Of a stretch of DNA of 64,000 nucleotides, positions 41,572 to 55,629 are shown in pieces (positions within the stretch are counted from its first letter, which is position 1; the number at the start of each line of letters is the position of its first letter). Below the pieces are notes generated by a model. That model was not told where the DNA came from and searched no databases. It saw nothing but the letters and a program-made list of their open reading frames with translations. A program made the translations under genes and the position numbers. The stretch is from the human T2T-CHM13v2.0 reference genome, Homo sapiens: assembly GCF_009914755.1 (NCBI RefSeq), contig NC_060936.1. One strand, written 5' to 3'.

Positions 41572-42750
41572 GAAATATATAACTGCAATGTTTAGAAAGG
41601 GATATCCAATAATGCAGATTGAAGATAATTGCAACTTTGTACTGGAGTCAGAGGGGAAGAAATAACTTTGATATGACATCAAAAACTGTCTGCTAATGGA
41701 ATGTGTGAAGGTGAAATCATTTTCCCTTAGACCCTTGCCATTATCACGTGCTTTAAAAAACAGGAGATGCTCTTTTTAAAGCAACTGCATTTTTAAAATA
41801 CATGCTTAGTAATTAAATATAAATTTGCTGATGCATATAATGCATTCAAAGTTGGTAAGTAATATTTTCTGAAACTATCTTTTCCTTTGCAATATTTTAT
41901 GATAAAAATAGAGTACTTTTCAAATTTTTTCCCTATGGGGAAAAGTAGCTTAATCTTATTTTAATAGTTTACCACAAAATTCACTAAAGAGATTATTTAA
42001 AATTAAAAGATTAAATATGAAAACACTAATAAGTCATATCTAAAAGTGAAGAATTGAATTTGATCATTCATGTTTTGATTCAATACTAACATCTTTTTCA
42101 TTTGTTTTAATATGTAAGTGCTATTCTTAATTATTCTGTTAAATGAAGACTTTCAAAAAAAGAGATTGATAATCTGCCCTACTTGGTCAGCCAGTTCATC
42201 CAGTTTAGCATGGCCAACCTCTACCAGACCCTAACCATTTAGGATTATAAAAACATTGACTGCAGAGTCTGAAGCTCCAGTGGCTTTGCTGCTGTGCCAA
42301 AATAGCATCGACTATCACCAAGGAAGAAGAGATTTTTCTCACTTGTGTGGAGTGGCAAATTCTAGACAGGAGGTAGTTCATAAAAATATCTTATTTCTCC
42401 ATATGCTATCATCAGATCAATAGAGTCCTGGCCAAGACAGTAATCTCAATTTTTAATTCTAATAAAATGACAAATGTAGAATCAGTGACCATTTTGTATG
42501 ACAACAAATGTATGTAAGACTTTCCTTACACAGTGTACTATCCCTACTCCCATACACATATTTACCTACATTCACCTTACTGTAAGTATTTATGGATGGT
42601 AGTAAATATTTCTAAAAGGTTGGAAATCCCCATGCTGTATATTAATAAAATTAATATGCCACGTTTTTTTAACTAGGTAAACAAGTAAAATGATTATATT
42701 CCAGGAGAACATTTTTGTTGTGTTTTTAAAGGTGGAGGCTGCTTTTATAA

Positions 42751-43137
<387 letters not shown>

Positions 43138-45074
43138 TAAACATTTTTGACAAAAGATGGGATGAAATCAAGCCTACTCCTTGTATTCCAGATTGAAAAA
43201 AGGACCTCTGCGTTTTGATGGGCTGAATACCTTTGGGCAGGTTGCTTAATTTATCCGTGCCTTTTCTCATGTCTAAGTGCCTGACAGGAACATTCTGTCC
43301 ATAACTAATGGCTGTCAAGCATTTATGGTTGTAAAACACAAAAACCTTTATTGCTCCAGCCAGCTCTATCATCCAGGGACTGATTATTGAGTTTGTGATG
43401 ATCCAGCCTCTTGTCCCCTTCTTTGCTTTGTTTTCTCTCCTCCCCCCTGCTGCCTGCCCTTTGGCCATTTCACTGCTCATTAGCGCCTCCACCAGATGGG
43501 GGGCAGGGTCAGGAACAGGGGGTCAGCTCTGGTAAAAGGCTTGGTAAGAAGGAGGCTGAGAGTAACAGCCAACATAAGGTTTTCAGATTATCTACATCCA
43601 GGCTCGCCCCCAACCCTGTCCTCAGGAATCACTGAATGCAGCCATGACACTGAAATTTGTTTTTCATTCATTATTTTTTCATTCTTACAATAAACGTGGT
43701 TTTATAAGTTAGTTAAAAAGTCTTTTTCAGGATGCCGTAGTAAACAAGAGTCCCTTTTGAGCATTTCCTTAGTAAACGATGAATGGCTGCTGGTCAAGCT
43801 TGTTCTGGCAAGTCTTTAGCCTCTGTTCAGATTCAGAAGAATGGCATCAAATCTATGCTTACATTAGACTCAGGTTGTGGAATGTAGTTCTTTCAATTCA
43901 GGTTTAGTGAATTTGTCTTATGATGCTGAAAGAGTCCTGTTTGGGTGTTAAGAGGCCACAGAGCTAACCCTAACTATATGACCAGGGAAAGCCCGTGTTA
44001 TCACATTGTACTGTAATTTCAGTGCATTAACTCAGAAAATGCACCTCGAGTGCCTGTTTAAACGTGATGTTGTGCAGAAGGAACAGCATGTACAGGACAG
44101 AGATAGAGACGGAGGCTACTGAAACACTTTTTTTGTTGTTGTTGTTCACCTATTTGGTTGCTTGTCTCTTTCTTGGCTGGATCATTTAAACCCTAGAGTT
44201 CCAGTTCTGAGACCCTTTGATTTTGTGATTTTCCCATTTGTCTAAACATTTTGCCAAAGCCTTCTGACACGATTATAAATCAAGTCTGTGCTGGGTCCTA
44301 GGGATGTCAAGGCTGACAAGATAGGTGGGGCTGCCTTTGGGGAATTTATAGTCTGGGGAGCTCTAAAGAGATAACCTGATACCTGCCAGGTAGATTATTA
44401 TTCTATGCTTCAGATGTTAGGAGGCTAAATTAAATTACAGTTTTCAAGTATTTTGAGCTCTTTAGAATTTAAGTCCTTCCATAGAAGTAATTATATTGCT
44501 TTCCAAATCCTAATGACACACTATTTGAATTTACCTATATTAACACCATAATTTGAATGTTCATGTATATGTATACATACATACTATATATATACACACA
44601 CACACTTATATATGATATATGAATTGGTTGTGCTATGTGCTGTGTGCCTGGGGTTACATTCTCTCATTATCTTCACAGCAAATATATAAGCTAATACAAA
44701 ATGTATACAGATTTGATTTATCAAAGTAGTCAAATTTCATCTAGTTAGTATTGGGTTAAAAAGATGGGTGTTAAATCGTCAGGTACAGGCTCCAAAAAGA
44801 GGGAGAAAAAGGGAATCAGAAAAAAACAGGAAAATTCTGTTGAGCCATTTAACATATGGTGACCTTATTTTTCCTCTTTGTGCATACTCAATATAATTTA
44901 TGCTTATCAAATAATTTTTAAATCACCAGGTCTTATAGCAACTTAATTATATACTTTAATATTTCTGAATAGTGCAGCCCTTTGTGTTTTAAAATGAGCT
45001 CTTTGAGGGTTGGGTGCATATCTCCTATTTATCTTTTTAACCTCAGCACCTAGGACATAGGAGGGAATTCAGCA

Positions 45075-45280
45075 AAGTGATTAAGAGCTCAGACTGCCTG
45101 GGTTCAGGTATCAGCTTAATCAAGGCAAGTTGTTGATCATCCCAGCCCCAGTTTCCCTGTGTGTAAAACAAAGGGTAATCATAGTTTTTGTCTGGTAGGA
45201 TTGTTTCATAAGAATTAAATGAGAAGCCATCAAAAAAACTTTATTCAGCATGTGTCAAGCTCTCAATAGGTCATAATTGT
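45075..45280 (+). mobile_element. MIR fragment
   Basis: TTAAGAGCTCAGACTGCCTGGGTTC..CAGTTTCCCTGTGTGTAAAA..AATTAAATGAG. Confidence 0.6.
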
Positions 45281-46076
45281 TGATGTTAGTACAGTCTCAG
45301 GCCCATAATGGTGCTTACTAAATGTTCGGTGAGTAGGATGACAGTTTTTCTTTAGTGTGTATAAAGGATGGCCTTTGAATTTTTGTTTTCCAGTAATGAA
45401 TGTGGATTTGAATTACATTCTTTGACTTAAAAAAATCCAAACTAATGATTTGTATTTCCAAAGAGGCTACAGCAGGTTTTTTTTAAAAAGCACAACCTAT
45501 AGGCATCAAAGCAGTATTTGTAATAATTTTGAATTCCATCTTATGCCTCTCCACTAAAGAAGTAAGCTGCTAGCCACTATCACCCAGGCCCAATAGAAAC
45601 TTCGAATGTCTTGCCCTATGTTAATGTTTCCATTCCCTCACTCCTGGAAATAGCATTCTGCTTTCCAAAATAGACTCTTATGCTGTACCTTAGAAGGATT
45701 TTTGTCACAATTTTGGATCATCAGAAAAACAGAAGACAGCTTTATTGGCCAAACCTCATGAACTAATTTTCTAAGGTAGTTTCTCTTTCTCTCTCTCTTT
45801 TTACAAAAACTTATTTTAATGGCCTATTTGTGTCCCATTTTCTTTCTGTTAATTTTTAGTACTAACATGAGAATAAAGAAAAGTAAAAAGTCAATTACTC
45901 TATTTGTTTCTTTCAAGGGCATTTGAAAGCACTTAAAGTGATACATTAAGGCAGTAGGGTGTACAACTAAAGATTTACTGGGGACAACAACCTGAAATCC
46001 TAGGCTTATGTCAACATGGGAGTAAGTACTTCAGTTAGAATAATAGCTAGCAATGTTACATAACTTAAAAGTTTAA

Positions 46077-46377
<301 letters not shown>

Positions 46378-47238
46378 GTTTAAGCATTACCAATAACGGA
46401 AGTGCAGGTTTACCAAGTTCCCAGAAAACCCAAATATCTTCAATATTAAGGCAGTTCCCCAGTGCAGGAAGCACTAAATCCCAAGAAGGTGAGATAATAA
46501 CTGTATGTGCATGGAGGAACATGGACTCATACGATTATGGTTGGTAATGTTCTAGAAAGCACTGTTTGTTTTGCGGTCCCTTATTATTTCCTGTTCAGAA
46601 TGATTCTGATGTCAGAAAAGATACATCCTACGCAGTTTGTGTCAGAAGCTGATCCTCGAGTGTAATTTCCTTATTACAGGGTCTCTGTCCCTACATTTTC
46701 TTTCCTGCCATTATTCTCTCAGGTAGTCCAACTTCAGTATTCCTTAAATTCTCTAGTGGAAACTTGATGAGGCATTTGCATGCCTGGGCCCACTCTCCTA
46801 GGGGTGGAGTTAGAATGTATGAACATGGCCATCTCTGTGTCCCCTCATTCTCTTGAGAGATGGACATTCTTGGCACTGGATGCACACCTTATAAGTTTTA
46901 AGGAAAGGATGAAAAGGCAATGAGTGATAATGCTGTCCATCTTATAACATGTTCATTCTGTGCTATTAATCTAAAATTTCTCTTTTAAGAGAAAGTATAG
47001 TTTGATTTACAAATCAATAAATAAATCCCTTATTCCCCTTTCATATCTTTGGACTACATATTTTCCATATATATTTGGTGAAAAATATCTCATTCCCAGT
47101 CCTAATTCTCCTTATTATAATTTCTTACATAGCAATGTGGTAGAGCTTAATGACATTGTTTGGATTTGCTATTGAGATTTTCCTAAATGAGAGTGGTCAT
47201 CTCCAGACTACCAAACCAAGACAATGGTAGGCTCTGTA

Positions 47239-47520
47239 TTTTTTTTTTTTTTTTTTTTTTTTGAGGCTGGAGTGCAATGGCGCGATCCTGGCTTACTGCA
47301 ACCTCCGCCTCCCGGGTTCAGGCGATTCTTAAGCCACAGCCTCTCGAGTAGCTGGGATTACAGGTGCCTGCCACCACGCCTGGCTAATTTTTGTATTTTT
47401 AGTAGAGACAGGGTTTCACCATGTTGGCCAGGCTGGTCTCAAACTCCTGACCTCAAATGGTCCGCCTGCTTCAGCCTCCCATAGTGCTGGGATTACAGGC
47501 GTGAGCCACTGTGCCTAGCC
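47239..47520 (-). mobile_element. AluS with deletion next to its tail
   Basis: T24-GAG directly joined to GCTGGAGTGCA; the ~23 nt normally between them is missing. Confidence 0.93.
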
Positions 47521-48733
47521 TCTATTTTTTATTTAGTATTGCCCTTCCTCTATTGGTGGTTGAATTTTTTGTGGATATTAAAATTTGTCATCAAATCAGC
47601 CAGGCTTAAAGTTTTGTGCCTTCCATCCTGTTTAGACAATTGATGAGCTACATAAAACCATTTAAAATCCATAATTTTATAAGCAATAAATAGGTAATTT
47701 TTTCTAACATGTAGTCCCCCTCGCTATTAAATCACTCATCTTAGTGGAGATCAGTTGGGATCCTTTTCAACTGTTAAGACCTATGGGAACAAAGCTGTTA
47801 CAGCTATGACCCTATTTGCACTGTTGGAAGTTCTTAGGGAGCCACAGTATTTACAGGAAACTAATTCACACTAAACTCACTTGTACTGCATTGTTTCCTG
47901 CTATGATAAAGCAAATGGGTTATGTATATTATTGCTTTAATAGAATGATCAATGCACTTAGATTGTGTAGTGTGAGAGAGCTTGGCCTTACATAGTCACA
48001 GTATGAAGAGACCGAATTTTTTTTTTTTTTTACTAAAAAAAAAGACTTTTCTGCTGGGATTGTAATAATGTGGTAAGTATTCAGACTTACTATTTGCTAT
48101 CTTTGAAACAAATATATTACAATAAACATTTAGAGAAGCTGACATTTTATATCCATAAGGCAAACACAAAATTTCCCAATTTGTATGAAAATTTGGGTGT
48201 TTTATCCTGTGCTTTTATTTATTTTTTTATTTTTGAGTCTGAGATATTTTTGTGTCCAAGAAAATGTTTAGATTAATTCACTTGCAGTCTTGAAGTTATC
48301 TTTGGTAGAAAAACATCCTTATGTGTATGAAAAAAGCAATTTAGAAAGGAGATTTCATGAGCATCCTTGACAGTGGTGTACAAGTTTAATCGTCTTTCCT
48401 GTGACAGGAGGGTCTTCATGTATTCAACCTAGAATTTCTCCTTTTACGGTTCTTAGTCCATTTCCTCTTGTCTTGTTCTTAATGGTGACAGAGAACATCT
48501 GCTATGTTCCTCTTCAAAATATATCTTCCTACTTGGGGTACTGTAAAGTGTACGTACTTTGGGTCTTAACATATCTGCATTTGAGTCTGAACCTTATCAC
48601 TTACTAACCTTAGGCCTTTGTTACCTCTCTGAGACTAAATTTCTTCTTTTGTGAAATGAGGCTGGTAATATCTCCATTGTAGTTTCAGCTAAAGTATCCA
48701 GTACCTAGTAAATGCTCAAAATACCATTATTTT

Positions 48734-49183
<450 letters not shown>

Positions 49184-49504
49184 ATCATTAGTTTTAAACC
49201 CTGTGAAAATATGTTGTCAGCTTTCCATTTTCCACAATAACATTCCCAAGTCTTTCTCACTATGTCCTGTTTTTCTAACCCACTAATCACGGTTCTGAAT
49301 GAGACTTCAAATGATATGGTAGATGGAACACTACGTTCGTGATGAAAGGCCTTTCTGACTTGCATTCTGACTTAATGAATTTCTAGCTTTGTGACCTTGG
49401 ACAGGTGACTTATCCTTGAACCTGCTTGCTCTTATGTAAAAGAGGGATAATAATTGTCATATCTTCTTTGTCTTCCTGTCTGGGTTGTGGTCAGAATAAT
49501 ATAA

Positions 49505-49656
49505 GAAAGTAATTTGTACTTTGTACAAATTTGTACAAGGTACAGTTTGTACAAATAATAATTTGTACAAATAATTTGAAAGTAATTTGTACTTTGTACA
49601 AATTTGTACAAAGTACAATTTGTGCAAATAATTTGTACAAATAATTTGTACAAATA
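49505..49656. repeat. Palindromic TTTGTACAAA array (two ~73-bp higher-order units)
   Basis: 7 perfect TTTGTACAAA copies and 12 GTAC; units start GAAAGTAATTTGTAC at 49505 and 49578. Confidence 0.95.
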
Positions 49657-49717
49657 AAGCACCTTGCAATCATAAGGTAACAGCAGTAAGTATCAGCAAT
49701 TAAAATTTCATACACTA

Positions 49718-50025
<308 letters not shown>

Positions 50026-50780
50026 TTAAAATTTCATATACTACAATAGGGTGAATGAAATTGTTCCTGTTATTTATATAACTTCTAACACTTAGCTTGC
50101 TATCTTCAGCTTTTCCCTTGTCTTATCTAATGGTTTATGAGGCATTTACTCTTTTTCCATTTCCATCTGCTCTTATGGTTGAAAGGCTAAAACTGACAAC
50201 TTTCAGATGTATCACAGAGACATATCAAAAGAATTCCAACATGAAAGGTATTGGGTTCATGTGCAGAAGTAGTGAATAAATAAGCAGGGTTGGGTGAGGT
50301 TAAGAGAGTGCCACATGATCTATGTGGTAATAAATAGGTGAAGTGCCCAGGAGAGAGAGATGAGCAGAAGAGACCTCTCCAGTAGTAGACATTGAAGAGG
50401 AGGATTTTAGAATTCGTCTCTTAAGACATTCACTGCCAAGTTCCAACAGAACATCATGGACAAAACATATCTAAATGAGAAGGAAACTTTGGGACATTGA
50501 GGATGGCTTGGAGTGGAAATGACCTGGAAGGTTGCAGTGATCCCAGGCAGGAGAGGACAATGGCCGTGTCTGCAGTGGTACAGTCTGAGGGGGAAGGTTG
50601 CCGACTGACGTGTGGGGAACTGGGAGTGTGGCACTGGAGAAGACCAGTTGGAAAATTGATTGTCCTGGCTGTGACAGCTGAACCATGAGGACTGTCTAAG
50701 AGCACTGAAACTGGGGAGAAAAGAAAGTAGCCTGGACATGGTAATGCTTAAATGAATACTTACATGTGATACCGTAATTA

Positions 50781-50848
50781 TCAACAGATTTAAAATCTGT
50801 TGAATATACTGTTCAAGTTTAAATCTGTTGAATATACTGTTCAAGTTT
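50781..50848. repeat. Inverted repeat plus 28-bp tandem duplication
   Basis: TCAACAGATTT-A-AAATCTGTTGA; AAATCTGTTGAATATACTGTTCAAGTTT at 50793 and 50821. Confidence 0.9.
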
Positions 50849-52074
50849 ATAGAAGCAAGAAACTTCCCCCCATATTTGTACTGTATTAATCTTTTGGTTT
50901 CCTTGCCTCAATTCAGTTTTGTTTCATATTTAATTATGGGGCTGAAAGTACATAAGTTTGAGTAGTCTAGAGTGGAATGTGGTTAAATATCCCTGCAGAT
51001 TACTTTATGTGTTTCAGTATTCTAATAAAATCAGCCGCAGTGATCCATATGGGATTTGTAGATGCTGTTTTCCCGAGGCCCTTTTCTCTATGGCTGTCTG
51101 TGACCTTAGCCATTGACTCGCTTAATCGTTTTTGGCCTCCTAAGTCAGTGATTCTGAGCGGGCAGAGTGGTAATGTGATGTCATGTCTGGGGCATGAGCC
51201 TGCATCCTCGCCGCACAGGGGTCCCACCCTTCCTGGTCTAGGCAGCTCAATGCACAGTGCTTGGCGCATCGTGAGTGCTCAATAAATTCAGTTGCTTTTC
51301 CCGTCTCTCTCTGGATCTCAAATAGAAATATCCAAATTTGAGAATGCCACCAAAGCATTAAGTTCCCTAATTAAAGTCCATAGTAAAAGCTGAGGCAGAT
51401 GTGTGGGAATGCAGTTCCAGACACTGTAGTTAATCTAGGAGAGATGATCGCACTGTATTTACAACAAGGCTTCCCATGCTCATGAATCATAAGAACTCTT
51501 ACAGGATTAATGAGTTTTAACTTAATGCAGAATTTTTAAACTATGTGTAATGCTGGGACATTTCAAAGTGTTTGTCATGAAAAATGGCTGATGAAGGTAC
51601 ACATTTCGAGATATCCTGTGTTCCACCTACGTTGTTTGTTATCTTGTTGACATCTTCTGTTCCTTTTACAAAAAGGTCAGAAGGAAGTCCCTCCACATTT
51701 TCTGTAGATTGCTAGATAAGAGAAACATCAATATAGAAAGGAACATTTTGATAGCCTTACACATTTATGTTTTTCAAAATAAAAAAATTCTTTAAATAAA
51801 ACTTTCTTTCGTGCCCTTTCTCTGGTAGAGAGAAAAATTAGCCCCCTTTTCTTTCAGAGACGTGCCTTGTGGGCTTTGACCAGTTTTCCCCTAATGCTGG
51901 CATTTTGTAAAACTGTAGAACAAGATCTCAATTAGGATGTTGACATTCACACAATCCATTCATCGCGATTAGATTTCCCCAGTTTCGCATGTACTTATTT
52001 GTGTGTGTGTATGTGTGAGCATCAAGTTATATACAACTTTATCACATGTAGGTTCATGTATTCACTACCAAAGG

Positions 52075-52237
52075 TATTATTATTTTTTAAGTTCCAGGGT
52101 GCATGTGCAGGATGTGCAGGTTTGTTACATAGGTAAATGTGTGCCATGGTGGTTTGCTGCATCTATCAACCCATCAGCTAGGTATTAAGCCCAACATGCA
52201 TTAGCTATTCTTCCTGATGCTCTCCCTCCCCACTCCG
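52075..52237 (-). mobile_element. L1PA 3' terminal fragment
   Basis: CATGTGCAGGATGTGCAGGTTTGTTACATAGGTA..GTGCCATGGTGGTTTGCTGCA..GGTATTAAGCCC..ATGCATTAGCTATT. Confidence 0.9.
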
Positions 52238-52904
52238 GTATTCTTTTAAGACTGTCAGTTGCTCAGGAGTTTGTGGCACATCCCATGATGACATACACTA
52301 AATTTGTCTTCTCTAAGTACACAAGAACTTTGCATGACTGTAGGAATGTGGGGAGAGGAATTCTGGCCCATGGTTCCTGTCTTTGGCTGTGCAGTTACTC
52401 TTTCACATTCCCTCATTATAAAGGTCTGGCTGGCCCTGGCAAAATCATAGGTGGGCTTTGCACACAGCTAACTGCTTGCCTGAAGTAACTTACACTTTTG
52501 TACTGCATTCAGAGTTCTGCCAACTTCAGAGGCCAGGAAAGAAAGAAAGGATTGGCCTGGGAGTGTAACACACCTGCTTTTCCTGAAGGCACATACAACA
52601 GGCGTATTTGAGTACCTGCTTGCCCTTTGGGATATATTGAAACACATGCCTGTTTCGTCCTGAAGTTGTGGATGAATACCTTCATCCCCTGGAAATTCCT
52701 TGTTTCACATAGATTTTAAATGTCCTTGCGGGCAGATATTCACTGAGAAAACTGTCCTGTTAATTGTACTTTGGCTATCTGGCCCAGTCTCTAGAACAAT
52801 TATAGTAGAACCATGTCATCTTGACACATTTAGGAAGATCCACATTTGAGAATGCCACTGTAATGTTTAGGTTCCCCAAATAAAAATTTCATATTACAAC
52901 TATG

Positions 52905-52941
52905 TCTCTCTCTTTCCTTTCTCTCTCCCTCTCTTTCTCTT

Positions 52942-52996
<55 letters not shown>
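52905..52996. repeat. Compound (CT)n-(CA)n microsatellite
   Basis: Imperfect CT tract abutting a pure CA run. Confidence 0.95.
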
Positions 52997-52999
<3 letters not shown>

Positions 53000-53205
53000 C
53001 AAAGCTGTGCTAAGATGCAAACACTAGGCAGATGGCCAAGTTGCCCCTCCAGGCTAAATGTCTCAGGCCTGCACTCTAGTCTGAGAAAAAATGGATTTGC
53101 AAACAGTTCAAACTGTGAATATTAACATTTAAGAATGGCCAAGGTCTATTGCATTCCACTAGTCACTCTTAGAATCTGAGTGTTTGTTTAGGTAACCAGA
53201 ACACA

Positions 53206-53250
<45 letters not shown>
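53206..53250. repeat. (GAT)15 trinucleotide repeat
   Basis: 45 nt of pure GAT. Confidence 0.95.
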
Positions 53251-54075
53251 AATGATTGATCATAATAACTGAAGAGTAAAACACTATCAATGTGATCATT
53301 ATGGGATTCTTTTGGAGAATACATTTAGTATATTTGGACCAAAAGCCCTGTTGGATCCTAAATCCCAGCTATGCTGTGGCATACAAAGAGCTGTTTTTTC
53401 TTTTTTTTTTTTTGGACTAATGCTTTTTGACTATTGGCACTTCAAATATCTACGAATTACAAGTGATATTCTTTATTTTTGGTGGTAACTATTATCTTAT
53501 TTAAACAAAAATCATGCTTTTGAATCAGCTGTAGACATTTTTGACAATCTTGGAAGTGCAGAAAAAGTTATATTTGAAAGAAAATAATTATAGAATATCA
53601 GCATATGCTGCTGTTGCTTCCATAGCAAACTCCTTTGGGCCTTACTCAACCAAAATAAATGTGGCCACATTGCTGCAGTAAGCATGGCTTGAGGCAAATG
53701 GAAGACTGCAGTTCTGTTTCCTGTGTCCTGCTTTCTGTCCCTGAGGTCCAAGCAATGCCAGAACAGTGAATTTGAAAGTATTAAAATGTTGGTCTGTGTG
53801 GTCCTTGGTCTTCCCATCTATAAAGCTAGACTTGGTGTAGAGATTATATAGTTAAATCCTCTTATATTCTACAGGTGACAAAATGAAAACCCAGAGCAAT
53901 TGTGTCCAGTTCAAGGCCACACAACCTTGTTAGCTCTGACAAGAGCCAGGTTTCCTGACTTCTAGTCCATTGCTTTTCCCTGTAGCGAGCCGCTTCCTCT
54001 TGCCTCACCCGATCTTCCTTGGATTTCCATTGGGAATGTTGACCACAGTTCTGATAAATCTCTTCCTTCAGGTCC

Positions 54076-54535
54076 TGTGTTAGTTTCTTCAGGGCTGCCA
54101 TAACAAAGTGCCACAAACTTGGGTGCTTTACCACAACAGAAATTTGCTCTTTCACAGTCTGGAAACTGGAAGTCTGACATCATGGTGTTGGCAGGGCCGT
54201 GCTCTCCCTGAAGGCTCTAGGGAAGAATCTGTTCCATCTCTTTCCCTTCACTTCTGGTGCTGTTGGTGATCCTTGATGCTCCTTGGCTTTTAGATGCATT
54301 GCTCCATTCTCTGCCTTGGTTGCCACATGGTGGTAACAGCAGTTCCTGTGTGTCTGTGTCTCTTTTCCTCTTATAAGGACACCAGCCATATTTGATTAGG
54401 GCCCACCCCACTGACTTCATCCTACCTTGATTATATCTGCCAAGACCTTATTTCCAAATAAAGTCACATTCATAGAGACAAGGTGGGTTAGGGCTTCACT
54501 ATATCTTTTTAGGGGACACAATTCAACCCATAACA
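54076..54535 (-). mobile_element. MLT1C-like solo LTR
   Basis: TG...CA termini, 460 bp, GGGCTGCCATAACAAAGTGCCACAAAC..CTTATAAGGACACCAG..GGGGACACAATTCAACCCATAACA. Confidence 0.88.
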
Positions 54536-55538
54536 GTTCTTTATAACTTTAAACCTGTTAGAACCAGGCTGGTATTTGTAATGCATAATGAGAAACTGCA
54601 GTGAATTTCATTAAGTGTAAAGCATCATATCCAACATTTGTAGTTTGTTACAATAACACATTCAAAAGATTGATAGACTGCTTTTGGTGTGATTTTTGGA
54701 TTAATTCCCTCTTTTGAAGACATTTGTTGGGCTTAGTTTATTTTAAGGAAGGAATGAATAGACCTGAAAACACCTAATTTTTATTTTCAATTTAGCCTGG
54801 AAGCTAGCAAAAGCTTTTGCAGAGAACTGAAACTGTGTCACAGAGCACCAGCACTGTATTTGTTATCATTTTGGCCTTCAGTTTTATTAATGCTTGTTTG
54901 ATGTGTTAAGCCCCTAGCTAAGACAAAAAGACAGAACTTTAGGGTTTTTGTTTGTTTTAGCAGTAATAAAGTCTAGAATAAAATGTTTGCTCTATAATAT
55001 TTAATGGTGTGTATTCAATTTTTAAACCAAAATTTAAAAGAAAGAAATCCCATTCTCATTCAGCACTGTCAAATGTATTCATTCCCCCAGACTTCACTGG
55101 TTGAATATAATAATTTGTGTGTATAAACAGTCTTCCTGACTGCATTCTCTTTAATATTCATTTATCAATTTGGGAGGAAATTTCCAAATAACCTTTATTT
55201 GCACCTTAAAAAAATAGTTTTAAACGAAGTCATGGGAATGGATTGCTCTGTCTTTTACTGACTTTTATATATGTGATTCCAAACCTCCCTTTAAATTAAT
55301 GTCTTTTAGCTTCAAATATACCTCTTCCCATAAGGCTAGTCCCCATTTCCTATAATCTTACAGACCTAGGAGAACAATATTTTCCCTTCTGTCGTTTTGA
55401 TAATTACATCCTCTGTGCTCAGTGGTGGCCTATTAACTCACATGAATACCATGGGCTTGCAAAATGGCCTCAAATTTCCATATATTGGAACTGTGAGAAC
55501 TTTCTATAATGGTGCTTTAGCAATAATGATGGAGGTGC

Positions 55539-55629
55539 AGGCATTTCCTGAGGATTAATGACCAGCTGGGAGGAACCAGTGGCCCTTGGCTCTGCCTCCC
55601 AGCCAGCCATTAATTCTAAGGAAATGTCT
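55539..55629 (+). ncRNA. pri-miRNA-like hairpin, human counterpart of mouse miR-763
   Basis: Gap-free stem 55539-55573 / 55595-55629 with 31 of 35 positions paired. CCAGCTGGGAGGAACCAGTGGC (55562-55583) differs at one base from mmu-miR-763 as I recall it. Processing is not shown. Confidence 0.65.

Noticed and set aside
49505-49660. Resemblance of TTTGTACAAA(T)AAAGCA to the Gateway attB1 core, or to a CRISPR-like array
   Set aside because: No complete att site or vector sequence; no unique regular spacers and no cas genes; flanks are ordinary human repeats
49432-49669. Repetitive ORFs ([12 protein letters not shown])
   Set aside because: By-products of the palindrome array, with no splice or promoter support
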